The notes under the pieces were generated by a model, which saw only the letters and a program-made list of their open reading frames with translations, was not told the DNA's origin and ran no database searches. The position numbers were made by a program, and so were the translations under genes. This document shows, piece after piece, positions 1 to 12,339 of a DNA stretch of 64,000 nt; position 1 is the first letter of the stretch; each line of letters opens with the position of its first letter. Origin of the DNA: an uncultured Gemmatimonadales bacterium (GTDB lineage: Bacteria > Gemmatimonadota > Gemmatimonadetes > Longimicrobiales > Gaopeijiaceae). The stretch spans positions 96,001-160,000 of the forward strand of contig CAWGKG010000010.1 in assembly GCA_963823035.1 (NCBI GenBank). The letters run 5' to 3'.

Positions 1-58
1 CTGGCTCGGAGGCCGACCGGCCTGCACGCCCTAGGGGCAACCCTGCGCGTGCGCGGCC

Positions 59-2773
59 TCAGTCCGTCCGCAGCGCCGTCACCGGGTCGATGCGCGTGGC
101 CCTGCGTGCCGGGATCCAGCACGCCCCCAGCGCCCCCACCAGCAGCAGCGCGCCGGCGACGACGAAGGTGGTCGGGTCGATGGGGCGGATGCCCCACACC
201 AGCCGAGCCAGCAGCCCCGAGAAGCCGATCGCTCCGAGTGCGCCCACGGCCAATCCCGCACCCGCGGGGACCATCCCGACGCGGACCACGCGACGCCGCA
301 CCGATCGGGGGTCGGCACCCAGCGCCAGACGGACGCCGATCTCGTGCGTGCGACGACTGGTCGTGAAGGCCACCACGCCGGCCACGCCGGCCAGCGTCAC
401 GAGGAGGGCGAGCCCCGCGAAGATGCCCATGAGGGCGGCGGTCAACCGCCTCGGCGCGACCGCATCGGCCACGTAGGCCTCCAGCGTGCGCACCCTGGAC
501 ACGGGCGCGTCCGGCTCGAGCTCGTGGACGATGGCGGCGACGTCGCGACCCAGGGCCGCGAGGTCTCCATCCGAGCGCACCACCAGTTCGTCGCCTCCGT
601 ACACCTGGCTGTTGTCGATTCCGTAGACCGTCGGCGTCGCCTCCGCTTCCAGACCCTCCATCTTCACGTCCCCCGCGATGCCCACCACGGTCACCCAATC
701 CTGGCAGAGCCCCGTATTGAAGGAGCAGATGCGCACCTGTTGGCCGAGGGGGTACTTTCCCGGCCACAGTTGATCCGCCAGGGAGTGCGACACGACCACG
801 GACCGCTCCGGCAGCTCGCGGTCGTCCTCGGTGAGGCGCCGTCCGGCGAGGATCGGGATTCCGAGGGTCGCGAAGTACTCGGGCGAGCTACGCACGGGCA
901 TCACCTGCGCGTACTGATCCGGGCCGGCGTCCGCGGTCTCCTCCGTCTCCAGTCCCGTGCGGAAGGAGCCTCCGATCAGGGGCACCCTCTGCACGCGGGC
1001 GGCGCTCCGCACGCCGGGGAGCGCTCGCACCGTGCGCAGCAGCTCATCGAAGAGGGCGTCGTCCCTGGGCTCGGCGCCCATGTAGTAGTCCATGGGCAGC
1101 GTCACGCGTGCGCTCAGGACGTGCTGGGCGCGGTAGCCGGGGTCCACGGACGACACGGCCACGAACGTGCGGGTGAGCAGCCCCGCGCCGATGAGCAGGA
1201 CGAACGCGAGCGACACCTGGGACGCCACGAGCCACCCGTGCGCGCGGTGGGCGCCCGGTCCGGCCTCGGCCATGCGGCCGCGGCCCAGGGTCGCGCTCGC
1301 GCCGGACGCACGGCGTAGCGCCGGGACGGAGCCGAAGAAGAGCCCCGTCGCGAGGGATACCAGGAGCGCGAAGGCGAGCACCCGCCCGTCGATCGACGCC
1401 TCGAAGGCGCGCGGCGTGAAGCGCCCCGCGAACTTCGCCAGCAGCCCCATGCTGCCCCGCGCCAGCCCGACGCCGAGCAGTCCGCCCAGGAGCGCGAGCA
1501 GCGTGCTCTCCGTCAGAAGCTGGCGGATCAGCCGCCCCCGGCCCGCGCCCAGCGCCTGGCGCACGGCCAGCTCTCCGCCGCGGCGGACCGCTCTGGCGAG
1601 CGCGAGGCTCGCGACGTTCGCGCAGGCGATGAGGAGCACGAGCGCCGCGGTGGCCATCAGGATCCACAGCGTCGGTCGGGCCCGCGCCACCAGGTCCTCC
1701 TTCAGAGGCGCGACCGAAGCGCCGTAGCCCTTCGTCTCCGGTTGGTAGACGTCGCTGTGTTCTTCGGAGAGGGTCGACGCGACGTCGGAGAGATCGCGCT
1801 TCGCGGCGTCCAGCCCCACGCCCGGGCGCAGCACGCCGAACACCGTCATCATCCGGGCGCGCCGGTTGGCGATGAAGTCGGGGTCGGAGCGGGTCGGGCA
1901 CTGCGACGTCGGCATGTAGACGTCGTTCTGGTCGGGATACTGCGGGATGGGCGGGAGCACGCCGATCACCGTGTGCACCTTCCCGTTCATCACGTAGCCC
2001 CTGCCGATCACGTCGGGATCCGAGCCGAAGCGGCTCACCCAGTACTCGTTCGAGAGGATCATGACCGGATCGGCGCCCAGCCGGTCGTCCTCGTCCGTGA
2101 AGGAGCGCCCCAGCATCGGACGCATTCCCAGGACCTCGAAGTAGTGCGCCGACACCACGCCCGTGGCCACCAGCTCCGGCTCACCCTGGCCGAGGAGCGT
2201 GAAGGTCATGCCGTGGTACTCGACCACCGCCGAGAGGGTGTGGTTGCGAGCGCGGTAGTCCTCGATCTCGTGGACCGAGAACGCCATGTCCGGATCGTCG
2301 ATGGCGGGTTGCGTCTGGCGAAGGTGGACGATCCGGTCCCCCTGCGCGTAGGGCAGGGGTGCCAGCAGCACGCCGTCCACCAGGCTGAACATCGCGGTGT
2401 TCACGCCGATGCCCAGCCCGAGCGTGAGCACTACGATGAAGGCGTAGCCGGGGCTCCTGCGAAGCGTCCTCACCGCGTATCCGAGGTCCTGCATCAGGTC
2501 ACCGAGCATGTTCCCCCTCCTCGTCGTCGTCGTCCACCCGTCCCGGTTCCTCACCGCCACCCGCGCCGCCCAGCCCGTCCGCACCACGTCCGCCGTGGTG
2601 CGCATCCACAGCCAGGTCGTCGCCGCCCACCCCCGCTCGGCCGCGGCGCCCCGCAGGCGGAGGAAATCGGCGGCCATGCTCGCCCCGAACGCCTCCCGGA
2701 AGCCGCGAGGATACGCCCTCAGCAGAAGGCGGTACACCGCCTCCGCGGTCCGCCCGCGCAGGGAGCCGTCCAT
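59..2773 (-). CDS. ABC transporter permease, duplicated MacB/FtsX (ADOP-type orphan permease)
   Basis: 904 aa; 'DLGYAVRTLRRSPGY', 'LVLLIACANVASL', 'ELAVRQALGAGRGRLIRQLLTES', second 'HEIGVRLALGA', C-terminal 'PARRATRIDPVTALR'; directly downstream of PadR. Confidence 0.92.
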   Translation of the reverse strand: MDGSLRGRTAEAVYRLLLRAYPRGFREAFGASMAADFLRLRGAAAERGWAATTWLWMRTTADVVRTGWAARVAVRNRDGWTTTTRRGNMLGDLMQDLGYAVRTLRRSPGYAFIVVLTLGLGIGVNTAMFSLVDGVLLAPLPYAQGDRIVHLRQTQPAIDDPDMAFSVHEIEDYRARNHTLSAVVEYHGMTFTLLGQGEPELVATGVVSAHYFEVLGMRPMLGRSFTDEDDRLGADPVMILSNEYWVSRFGSDPDVIGRGYVMNGKVHTVIGVLPPIPQYPDQNDVYMPTSQCPTRSDPDFIANRRARMMTVFGVLRPGVGLDAAKRDLSDVASTLSEEHSDVYQPETKGYGASVAPLKEDLVARARPTLWILMATAALVLLIACANVASLALARAVRRGGELAVRQALGAGRGRLIRQLLTESTLLALLGGLLGVGLARGSMGLLAKFAGRFTPRAFEASIDGRVLAFALLVSLATGLFFGSVPALRRASGASATLGRGRMAEAGPGAHRAHGWLVASQVSLAFVLLIGAGLLTRTFVAVSSVDPGYRAQHVLSARVTLPMDYYMGAEPRDDALFDELLRTVRALPGVRSAARVQRVPLIGGSFRTGLETEETADAGPDQYAQVMPVRSSPEYFATLGIPILAGRRLTEDDRELPERSVVVSHSLADQLWPGKYPLGQQVRICSFNTGLCQDWVTVVGIAGDVKMEGLEAEATPTVYGIDNSQVYGGDELVVRSDGDLAALGRDVAAIVHELEPDAPVSRVRTLEAYVADAVAPRRLTAALMGIFAGLALLVTLAGVAGVVAFTTSRRTHEIGVRLALGADPRSVRRRVVRVGMVPAGAGLAVGALGAIGFSGLLARLVWGIRPIDPTTFVVAGALLLVGALGACWIPARRATRIDPVTALRTD

Positions 2774-3160
2774 CTACCGTCCCACGCCGCCCGCCCGAAC
2801 CACGCCCGGCACCAGATGCTGCTCCTCGGCCACCCGGATCAGCACGGAGAGTCGTTCGACCTCACCGGCCACGACGCGCCGTCCCAACTCGGTGAGCCGG
2901 TAGTAGCGCCGGCGCGCATCGTCGTCCTCCGGGTCGGGGCGGTCCGGCGCGTCCTCGATGAGCCCCTGATCGAGCATGCGCGCGATCGAGGTGTAGAGCG
3001 TGCCCGGGAGGATCACGGCCTTCCCGCCCGTGCGCTCGTCGATGGCCTGCATGATCCCGTACGGGTGCATGCGGCCCGAGCCCAGGGCCAGCAGGATGCT
3101 GAAGACGGGGGCGCTCAGGGGGAGGAATTCTTCGGGGTCGCGTGTACGCCGGCGGGGCAC
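2774..3160 (-). CDS. PadR family transcriptional regulator
   Basis: 'ILLAL...HPYGIMQAI...PGTLYTSIARMLDQGLIE...RRRYYRLTELG'; GTG start at 3160 with GGAGG upstream. Confidence 0.92.
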   Translation of the reverse strand: MPRRRTRDPEEFLPLSAPVFSILLALGSGRMHPYGIMQAIDERTGGKAVILPGTLYTSIARMLDQGLIEDAPDRPDPEDDDARRRYYRLTELGRRVVAGEVERLSVLIRVAEEQHLVPGVVRAGGVGR

Positions 3161-3358
3161 ATCGCCCTCCGCGCTCGGGCCGGGAGGCGGGGACACGTCG
3201 GTCGCGCGTCGGCCTCCGGCAGGTTGCCTTGTCCCGCAAGGTAAAGGGCGACTCACTTTTTCCGCAAGGGAATCGGGAGGCGCGCCCTCGTGTCTTTCCG
3301 TCCCTGGGTCATCCGTTAGGATGTAGGCTGGACACCTCTCTCCCTACCACCGCACGCC

Positions 3359-4444
3359 ATGGCCACGCACCCGACCGTCGTCGTCTTCGACGGACACAAC
3401 GACACCCTCACGCAGATCCGCGACGCGGAGCCGGCGGCGGCCCGCTCCTTCCTCGCGCGCAGCGACCGCGGCCACGTGGACCTCCCCCGCGCTCGCGAGG
3501 GCGGGCTGGGCGGCGGCTTCTTCGCGATCTTCACGGCGTCTTCGGATTGGGTGCGAACGATCCGGCCGATGATCGGGCCCGACGGGAAGGAGGTGCCGGG
3601 CGGTCGCACGGTCGACCTCCCACCGCGCCTGCCCCGCAGGAAGGCGCTCGGCTACACCCTGTCGGTCATGTCCGACCTGCTCCGCATGGAGGCCGAGTCG
3701 AACGGTGCTCTCGAGGTCGTCCGCACGGCCGCGCAACTCCGGCGCTGCCTGGAGGACGGGACCTTCGCGGCCGTCCTGCACATCGAGGGGGTGGAGGCGC
3801 TCGACACCCGCCTGGAGACCCTCGACGTCTTCCACGCCGCCGGGCTCCGCTCCCTGGGGCCGGTGTGGAGCCGCCCCAACGCCTTCGCGCACGGGGTGCC
3901 CTTCGACTTCCCGCGGGGACCCGACACCGGGCCCGGCCTCACCGCGGCCGGGAAGCGGTTGGTGGAGGCGTGCAACCGGCTGGGGGTGCTCGTGGACCTC
4001 TCGCACCTGAACGAGGCGGGCTTCTGGGACGTCGCGCGCCTTTCGCGGGCGCCGCTCGTCGCGACGCACTCCTGCGCCTGGGCGCTGGCCAGCTCCCCGC
4101 GCAACCTCACCGACGCGCAGCTCGACGCGATCCGCGACAGCGGCGGAATCGTCGGAGTGAACTTCCATAAGGGATTCCTGCGCGCGGACGGCGATGCCGA
4201 GAAGATCACGTCACTCACGGAGATCGTCCGCCACGCACGCTACATCGCGGACCGGATCGGCGTGGAGCACGTGGGGTTGGGCTCCGACTTCGACGGCGCG
4301 CAGATGCCCGAGGACCTGGGCGACGTCAAGGGCCTTCCGAGGCTGGTGGACGCGCTCGTCGCCGCGGGCTTCGACGGCGCCGACGTCCGACGCATCGCGC
4401 ACGAGAACTGGCTCAGGGTCCTGGAGGAGACATGGGGGAAGTGA
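3359..4444 (+). CDS. Membrane dipeptidase (peptidase M19)
   Basis: 'FDGHNDT', 'HIEG', 'VDLSH', 'ATHS', 'PRNLTD', 'GLGSDFDG'. Confidence 0.92.
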   Translation: MATHPTVVVFDGHNDTLTQIRDAEPAAARSFLARSDRGHVDLPRAREGGLGGGFFAIFTASSDWVRTIRPMIGPDGKEVPGGRTVDLPPRLPRRKALGYTLSVMSDLLRMEAESNGALEVVRTAAQLRRCLEDGTFAAVLHIEGVEALDTRLETLDVFHAAGLRSLGPVWSRPNAFAHGVPFDFPRGPDTGPGLTAAGKRLVEACNRLGVLVDLSHLNEAGFWDVARLSRAPLVATHSCAWALASSPRNLTDAQLDAIRDSGGIVGVNFHKGFLRADGDAEKITSLTEIVRHARYIADRIGVEHVGLGSDFDGAQMPEDLGDVKGLPRLVDALVAAGFDGADVRRIAHENWLRVLEETWGK

Positions 4445-4917
4445 GCGTGGAGGAGGGTGGGGAAGCGGGCGCACGCGCGGGCTGGATGGCCGAGGCGGAC
4501 AAGCTGCGGAACGCCCTTCCGCGCCACGTCCTCTTCCTGTGCGTCGCCAATTCCGCGCGTAGCCAGATGGCGGAGGGCATCGCGCGGTCGCTCGCCCCGG
4601 AGAGCGTGAAGGTCTCGTCGGCCGGGTCCGAGCCCACGTCGATCCGACCGGAGGCGGTCGAGGTGCTGAGGGAGGTGGGCATCGACGCATCCACGCAGCG
4701 CTCCAAGGGGATGGAGGAGGTGGAGCGACCGGTGGACGCGGTGGTCACCCTGTGCGCGGAGGAGGTCTGCCCGGCGTGGCTCGGGCCTGCGCTGCGCGTT
4801 CACTGGGGCCTGCCGGACCCCGCGGCCGTGGACGGGCCGGGCGACGAACGCCTCCGGGCGTTCCGCGACGTACGCGACGAGCTCCGTCGCCGCCTCGCGG
4901 TCGTATTCGCCAGGTAG
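4441..4917 (+). CDS. arsC: Arsenate reductase ArsC / low-molecular-weight phosphatase family
   Basis: 'VLFLCVANSARSQMAEG', 'VVTLC', 'CP', 'HWGLPDP'; start uncertain (GTG 4441 or ATG 4486). Confidence 0.8.
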   Translation: MSVEEGGEAGARAGWMAEADKLRNALPRHVLFLCVANSARSQMAEGIARSLAPESVKVSSAGSEPTSIRPEAVEVLREVGIDASTQRSKGMEEVERPVDAVVTLCAEEVCPAWLGPALRVHWGLPDPAAVDGPGDERLRAFRDVRDELRRRLAVVFAR

Positions 4918-4951
4918 CCTCCGTGGGTCGCACAGGCTTAGGTTTCGGGCC

Positions 4952-6529
4952 ATGACCACGACCGCGCGCGCCGCCAAGCGCATCCTGTGGGTGGACGACG
5001 AGATCGACCTCCTGCGTCCGCACCTCCTCTTTCTGCAGGCGCGGGGCTACCACGTCGACGCGATCTCGAACGGCGACGACGCCCTCGCGCTCCTGCGCGA
5101 GAACCCCTACGACCTGGTGCTCCTCGACGAGCAGATGCCGGGCCGGCGGGGGCTCGAGGTGCTCGAGATCCTGCGCCGCGAGGATCCGCACGCGCGGGTG
5201 GTCATGGTCACCAAGTCCGAGGAGGACCGCACGATGACCGAGGCGATCGGCCGCCGTGTGGACGACTACCTGGTCAAACCGACGTCCCCGCGACAGGTGC
5301 TCTCGGTGGTGACGCGCATCCTCGAAGGTTCGTCGATCCGCCAGCAGCAGGTCGCGCAGGATTTCGCGGCCCGCTTTCCGAGCCTGTCCGCGAACGCCCA
5401 GGACGCCTCCACGGCGGACGAGTTCGCCTCGGTCTTCACGGAGCTCACGGACTGGCACCTGCGCCTCGAGGCCGCGGGGGAGCAGGGGCTGCTCGACACC
5501 GTGCGCTCGCTCATGACCGACCTGCGGCGCGATTTCGGTAACTGGATCGTGCGCGAGTACCCGCTGTGGATGCGGGGCGCGGAGGACCGGCCCGTCCTTT
5601 CCGTGGACCTGGTCGAGCTCTTCCTCCTCCCGTGGCTGGGCGACGACCCGGTCTACTTCGTGGTGCTGGACTGCATGCGCCTGGACCAGTGGCGGGCGAT
5701 GACGCCGCTCCTCGCGCCGTACTTCGAGATCGAGGAGTCCTACCACTACTCGATCCTCCCCACGGCCACGCCCTACGCGCGCAACGCGATCTTCAGCGGG
5801 ACCTATCCCGACCAGATCGCCAAGCGCACGCCGGGGTGGTGGGACGCGGGCGACGACGAGGGCAGCCTGAACGCCTTCGAGGACAAGCTCCTCGAGGAGC
5901 AGCTGCGGCGGCTCACGGGGCGGCGCGTGCCCGTGCACTACGAGAAGATCTTCTCCGACCGCGACAGCGAGCAGGTGCGCGCGCGCGTCAACTCGGCGCT
6001 ACGCACGCCCGGGGCCGTGATCGCCCTGGTGTTCAACTTCGTGGACCTGATGACGCACGGCCGCTCGGAGTCGCCGATCCTGATGGAGGTCGCCAAGGAC
6101 GAGGCGGCGTTGCGCGCGCTGACGCGCTCCTGGTTCGAGCGGTCCACGGCCTACGAGGTGCTGAAGGCGGCCGCGCGGGCCGGGCATCGCGTGGTGCTCA
6201 CCACGGACCACGGCTCGATCCTCTGTCAGCGTCCCGCGACCGTGTACGCGCGGCGCGACGCCACCAGCAACCTGCGCTACAAGTTCGGGCAGGACCTGCG
6301 CGTCGAGCACGCGGCCACGGCCTTCTCCACGAAGGACGAGCGTGACCTGCGCCTGCCGGGTGGGCGCCTGGGGATGACGTACGTGCTCGCGATGGAGGAC
6401 CATTTCTTCGTCTATCCGACGAAGCTGCGCGAGTACCAGGCCCGCTACCGGAACTCGTTCCTGCACGGCGGGATCAGCCCCGAGGAGATGATCGTGCCGG
6501 TGGCGAGCCTCACGCCGCGGCCCGGCTGA
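4952..6529 (+). CDS. PorX-like response regulator with PglZ (alkaline phosphatase superfamily) domain
   Basis: Receiver domain 'ILWVDDE...LLDEQMPG...MVTKSEE...YLVKP'; PglZ motifs 'VLDCMRLDQW', 'SILPTATPYARNAIFSG', 'NFVDLMTH', 'TTDHG', 'FLHGGISPEEM'. Confidence 0.88.
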   Translation: MTTTARAAKRILWVDDEIDLLRPHLLFLQARGYHVDAISNGDDALALLRENPYDLVLLDEQMPGRRGLEVLEILRREDPHARVVMVTKSEEDRTMTEAIGRRVDDYLVKPTSPRQVLSVVTRILEGSSIRQQQVAQDFAARFPSLSANAQDASTADEFASVFTELTDWHLRLEAAGEQGLLDTVRSLMTDLRRDFGNWIVREYPLWMRGAEDRPVLSVDLVELFLLPWLGDDPVYFVVLDCMRLDQWRAMTPLLAPYFEIEESYHYSILPTATPYARNAIFSGTYPDQIAKRTPGWWDAGDDEGSLNAFEDKLLEEQLRRLTGRRVPVHYEKIFSDRDSEQVRARVNSALRTPGAVIALVFNFVDLMTHGRSESPILMEVAKDEAALRALTRSWFERSTAYEVLKAAARAGHRVVLTTDHGSILCQRPATVYARRDATSNLRYKFGQDLRVEHAATAFSTKDERDLRLPGGRLGMTYVLAMEDHFFVYPTKLREYQARYRNSFLHGGISPEEMIVPVASLTPRPG

Positions 6530-6539
6530 GCGGGCGGTC

Positions 6540-8657
6540 TCAGCCTCCGCCGCCCTCCTTCTTCTTCGGCGTATTCGACTTGCCTGGGACGATCCTGTCC
6601 CAGATCTTCGCGAGCCAGCTCCGGAACCTCCCCTGGCATCCGCCCACCACGTACCGACCGACGGGGACGTAGGCGTCCTCGAAGGACGAGGCCGGACCCG
6701 TGAGGCAGCTCTCCTCGACGGCCTCACCGGTCTGCGGGTCGTAGCGGACCCGCTGCACCCCGAGCGGCGGCAGCCAGTCGCGCGACGGCGACAGTGCGTC
6801 ACCCCGCTCCAGCCCGGCCATCCACGCACCCCAGACGGGTCCGGCGAGCGCGCCGCCGCTACCGTTCGGGACGATCGTGCGCGGCTGGTCGTAGCCGATC
6901 CAGACGCCGGCGGTCAGCTCGGGCACGAGGCCGATGAACCAGGCGTCGCGGCTGTCGTTCGTGGTGCCGGTCTTCCCCGCGGCGGGCCCGGAGAAGCCCC
7001 CGCTGCGCACCGGCCAACCCGTGCCGTGGTCGACCACGTCGCGCAGGGCGTCGAGCACCACGAACGCGGTCACCTCGGAGAGGGCCGGCTCGCCCCTCTC
7101 GGTCGCCTCGTGCCGCCAGAGGATCTCGCCGCGCGCGTCCTCGATGTGCTCCACCAGGAAGGGCTCGACGCGGACGCCTCCGTTGCCGAACGTCGCGAAG
7201 GCGCCGGTCATGTCGAGGAGCGAGGCCTCGAAGCTGCCGATGTAGACCGAGGGCACCTCGGGGATGGATGCATGGATGCCGACGTCCCGGCTCACCTCGC
7301 GCAGTGCCTCGATACCGAGTGAGCGTCCGAGGCGCACGGCGGCGCGGTTCGAGGAGCGCACGAGCGCCTCGCGCATGGGCAACGCCATGTCCTGCACGTG
7401 GTCGCTCGGCGACCACACGCCGTCGAGCACCTGCATGGACACGGTGTCCGCCGACACCAGGTCGAGGATGCCCTGTCCCGACTCGAGGGCGGAGGCGACG
7501 ATGAACGGCTTGACGAGCGATCCCACCTGCCGCTCGGACTGCGCCACGCGGTCGAACTCGGAGCGATCGAAGTCCCGCCCCCCGATCCAGGCGCGCACGG
7601 CGCCCGTGCGGGGATCGAGCGCGACGGCGGCTCCCTGGAGCGGGCGGGCGGAGTCGGTCGGCTCGACGCGGCCGTGCCTGCCCCGCTCGATCGCGGCGAG
7701 CTGGCTCGTGAGCGCCTTCTCGCCGACCGCCTGCACGTCCGGGTCGATCGTCGTGTAGACGCGCAGCCCCGGACGCCCCGCCAGCTCGGGCGCGGTCTCG
7801 CGGATCATGCGCGTCACGGCGGACGTCACGTAGCTGCGGCGATAGGTCGAGGGCGGTGCGGCGATCGTCTCGAGGTCCTTCTCCCGCGCCTTCGCGGCCT
7901 CCTCCTCGGTGATCACGCCCGCGCTCGCGAGGACGCCGAGCACGACATCGCGGCGGTCCCTGGCGCGCTCGGCGTGGCGGCGCGGCTCGTAGCGCTCCGG
8001 CGCGCGCGTCATGCCCACCAGCGTGGCCGTCTGGCCGATGTCCAGCGAGTCCGCGGAGACGCCGAAGTAGTAGCGTGACGCGGCCTCTACGCCGTCGAGG
8101 CCGTTGCCCATGTAGATCGAATTCAGGTAGAGGGCGAGCACGCGCTCGTGCCCAAGCTCGTCGATGAGCCGGGGCGCCATGCGCGCCTCGATCACCTTCC
8201 TGCGCCAGGACCCGACGTCGGCGAGGGACTGGGACCACAGCGTGCGCACGAGCTGCATCGGGATGGTGCTCGCACCCTCCTCGATGTCCCCGGAGCGAAC
8301 GTTCTGGACGAAGGCGCGGAACACGCCGTGCAGGTCGACGCCCCCGTGGTCCCAGAAGCGCCGGTCCTCGACGGCCACCCACGACGCCGCGAGGCGTTCA
8401 GGGATGCGCTCGTCCGGGATCGCGCGCCGTCGAGGCCCCGCCACGTCGGCCAGCAGCGCACCGTGGCGGTCGTAGATGTGGATGGCCTCCGGCAGCGCCG
8501 CCCCGTCGCGCAGCTCCGCGAGCGTGACGCAGGGCACCTCGGGGTCGCACGACACCGAGAAGGCGCGCACGACCGCGACTGCCGCCAGAACGAGGACGGC
8601 GGCGGCGAGGGCCCAACGGGCCCACTTCGGAGGTGTCCGCAGGATGGTCTTCGACAT
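6540..8657 (-). CDS. Class A penicillin-binding protein (transglycosylase/transpeptidase)
   Basis: N-terminal TM; 'EDRRFWDHGG', 'GASTIPMQL', 'RKVIE', 'YLNSIY'; 'GSLVKP' (SxxK), 'SSN', 'GKTGT'. Confidence 0.93.
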   Translation of the reverse strand: MSKTILRTPPKWARWALAAAVLVLAAVAVVRAFSVSCDPEVPCVTLAELRDGAALPEAIHIYDRHGALLADVAGPRRRAIPDERIPERLAASWVAVEDRRFWDHGGVDLHGVFRAFVQNVRSGDIEEGASTIPMQLVRTLWSQSLADVGSWRRKVIEARMAPRLIDELGHERVLALYLNSIYMGNGLDGVEAASRYYFGVSADSLDIGQTATLVGMTRAPERYEPRRHAERARDRRDVVLGVLASAGVITEEEAAKAREKDLETIAAPPSTYRRSYVTSAVTRMIRETAPELAGRPGLRVYTTIDPDVQAVGEKALTSQLAAIERGRHGRVEPTDSARPLQGAAVALDPRTGAVRAWIGGRDFDRSEFDRVAQSERQVGSLVKPFIVASALESGQGILDLVSADTVSMQVLDGVWSPSDHVQDMALPMREALVRSSNRAAVRLGRSLGIEALREVSRDVGIHASIPEVPSVYIGSFEASLLDMTGAFATFGNGGVRVEPFLVEHIEDARGEILWRHEATERGEPALSEVTAFVVLDALRDVVDHGTGWPVRSGGFSGPAAGKTGTTNDSRDAWFIGLVPELTAGVWIGYDQPRTIVPNGSGGALAGPVWGAWMAGLERGDALSPSRDWLPPLGVQRVRYDPQTGEAVEESCLTGPASSFEDAYVPVGRYVVGGCQGRFRSWLAKIWDRIVPGKSNTPKKKEGGGG

Positions 8658-8754
8658 AGGGGCGTTTTCGCCCTCGAGAGGGTCCTGGTGCTGATACACC
8701 CCTGAGAGATGAAGGAATCGTGCCAATCCGCCCCACCACGCTAACTTTCCCCCC

Positions 8755-10586
<1,832 letters not shown>

Positions 10587-10590
<4 letters not shown>

Positions 10591-11507
10591 GCGGCCGGGG
10601 GCTTCAGCACGGTTTCGAGTACGCGCTCTTCCGCCTCCTCTCCGCGGTGCTGCTCGCCGTGCCGGAGGGAGTCGCGCTCCGGGCCGGCGCGGCGCTGGGC
10701 CGGGTGGCCGGGAGCTTGCTGCGCATCCGCCGCGACGTGGTGGACGCGAACCTGCACCTGGCCTTCCCGGACCGGACCCCCGCTTGGCGCCGCCGGGTCG
10801 CCCGGGCCAGCTACGCGCACCTCGGCCGCGAGGCGGCGGCCATGTTCCGCATGTCCGGCATGGACCCCGAGAGCATCGTCGCCCGCACCGACGTGGAGGG
10901 GATCGACGAGCTCCGCGCGGCGCTGGCCGAGGGGAAGGGTGCCGTGCTCCTGACCGGGCACCTCGGGAGCTGGGAGATGGGGGGCGCGGCCGTCGCAGCG
11001 CACGGGATCCCCGTGGTGGGGGTCGCCAAGCCGATGGCGAATCGGCGCTTCGACGCCGACCTCACGGCCGCGCGACAACGCCTGGGGATGGAGATCGTGG
11101 ACACGGGCGCGGCGCCCAAGCGGGCGCTGCGCGCGCTCGGGGAAGGGAAGGTGGTGGGGCTCGTGGCCGACCAGAACGCGGGAGGGAACGGGCTCTTCGT
11201 TCCCTTCTTCCGGCGTTTGGCGTCCACGCACCGAGGCCCCGCGCTCTTCGCCGTTCGCGCCGGCGCCCCGCTGTTCGTGGGCTCGTGCATCCGCCTTCCG
11301 GGGGCCCGGCAGCGCTACCGGATCCGGATGGAGCGCGTGCCCTCGCCCGGGACGGGCGACCCGGAGCGGGACGTGCTCCTCCTGACCGAGGCGCACACCG
11401 CCGTCCTCGAGCGCGCCGTGCGCGAGGCGCCCGAGCAGTATTTCTGGCAGCACAAGCGCTGGAAGACCCGCCCCGAGCCGGAACCGGGCCCGGAGGCACC
11501 TGTATAA
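10587..11507 (+). CDS. Lipid A biosynthesis acyltransferase (LpxL/HtrB family)
   Basis: GTGA overlap with upstream stop; 'LTGHLGSWE', 'LVADQ', 'VPFF', 'PEQYFWQHKRWK'. Confidence 0.9.
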
Positions 11508-11576
11508 CGTTGCGGTCGGTGACGCCGCCGAGACGGCACCGGCCTTCCTTTATCGACTCATTGGAACGGTGAATCC

Positions 11577-12339
11577 TTGATCTACGTCTGCATTCCCGCC
11601 TACAACGAAGCGGCCACCGTGGGCGTTCTCCTGTGGAAGTTGCGCAGGGTCCTGGGCGAGTTCGGGAGGGACTACAAGCTCGTGGTGCTCGACGACGCCT
11701 CGACGGACGACACCGCCGACGTGCTCGCGCGCTATCGGCGGAGCCTCCCCCTGACCGTGATCCGTTCCGAGGAGCACGTCGGCTACGCGCGCTCCGTGGA
11801 GCGGCTCCTGCGGGAGGTCGTCGAGGTGGCGCCCTACCCCAAGCGCGACTGCGCCGTGGTCCTCCAGGGCGACTTCACCGAGCGTCCCGAGGACGTGGTG
11901 GGGCTGGTCAAGGTGATCGAGGGAGGGGCGGACATCGTCGCGGGGGCGTTCGCGGCGACGGTGGAACGGCCGGTGCCCAGCCCGATTCGCCTCGCCCGGC
12001 GCTTCGCGCGCATGGCGCTGGGGCGGACGTGGCGCGACGCGCCGGTGTCCGATCCCGTGAGCGGCCTGCGCGCCTACCGCGTCATCGTCCTCAAGAAGGC
12101 GTTCCGCGACGTGCCCGCCGATCAGTCGGTGACCCGCACGGAGGGTTGGGCGGCCAACGTCGAGCTGCTCCGCTACCTGGCGCCGCACGCCCGCCGGATC
12201 TCGGAGTCACCGCTCGAGCTGCGCTACGACCTGCAGGTGCGGGCGTCGCGCTTCCAGCCATGGCGCACGCTCCTCTCGCTGGCGCGCCTGCGCGGCGGCG
12301 GACGCTGGCCACGGCGAAGCCGACGCCGAAGCCGCATGA
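11577..12339 (+). CDS. Glycosyltransferase family 2 (3' end probably frameshifted, giving an apparent fusion)
   Basis: 'IYVCIPAYNEA', 'LDDASTDDT', 'QGD', 'DPVSGLRAY'; an alternative frame ends HGEADAEAA-stop overlapping the next ATG. Confidence 0.75.

Noticed and set aside
59..3160. PadR plus duplicated permease as a novel system
   Set aside because: This pairing is an already described, common arrangement.
4952..6529. BREX defence system suggested by the PglZ domain
   Set aside because: Receiver fusion is PorX-type, and no brxC, pglX or brxL is nearby.
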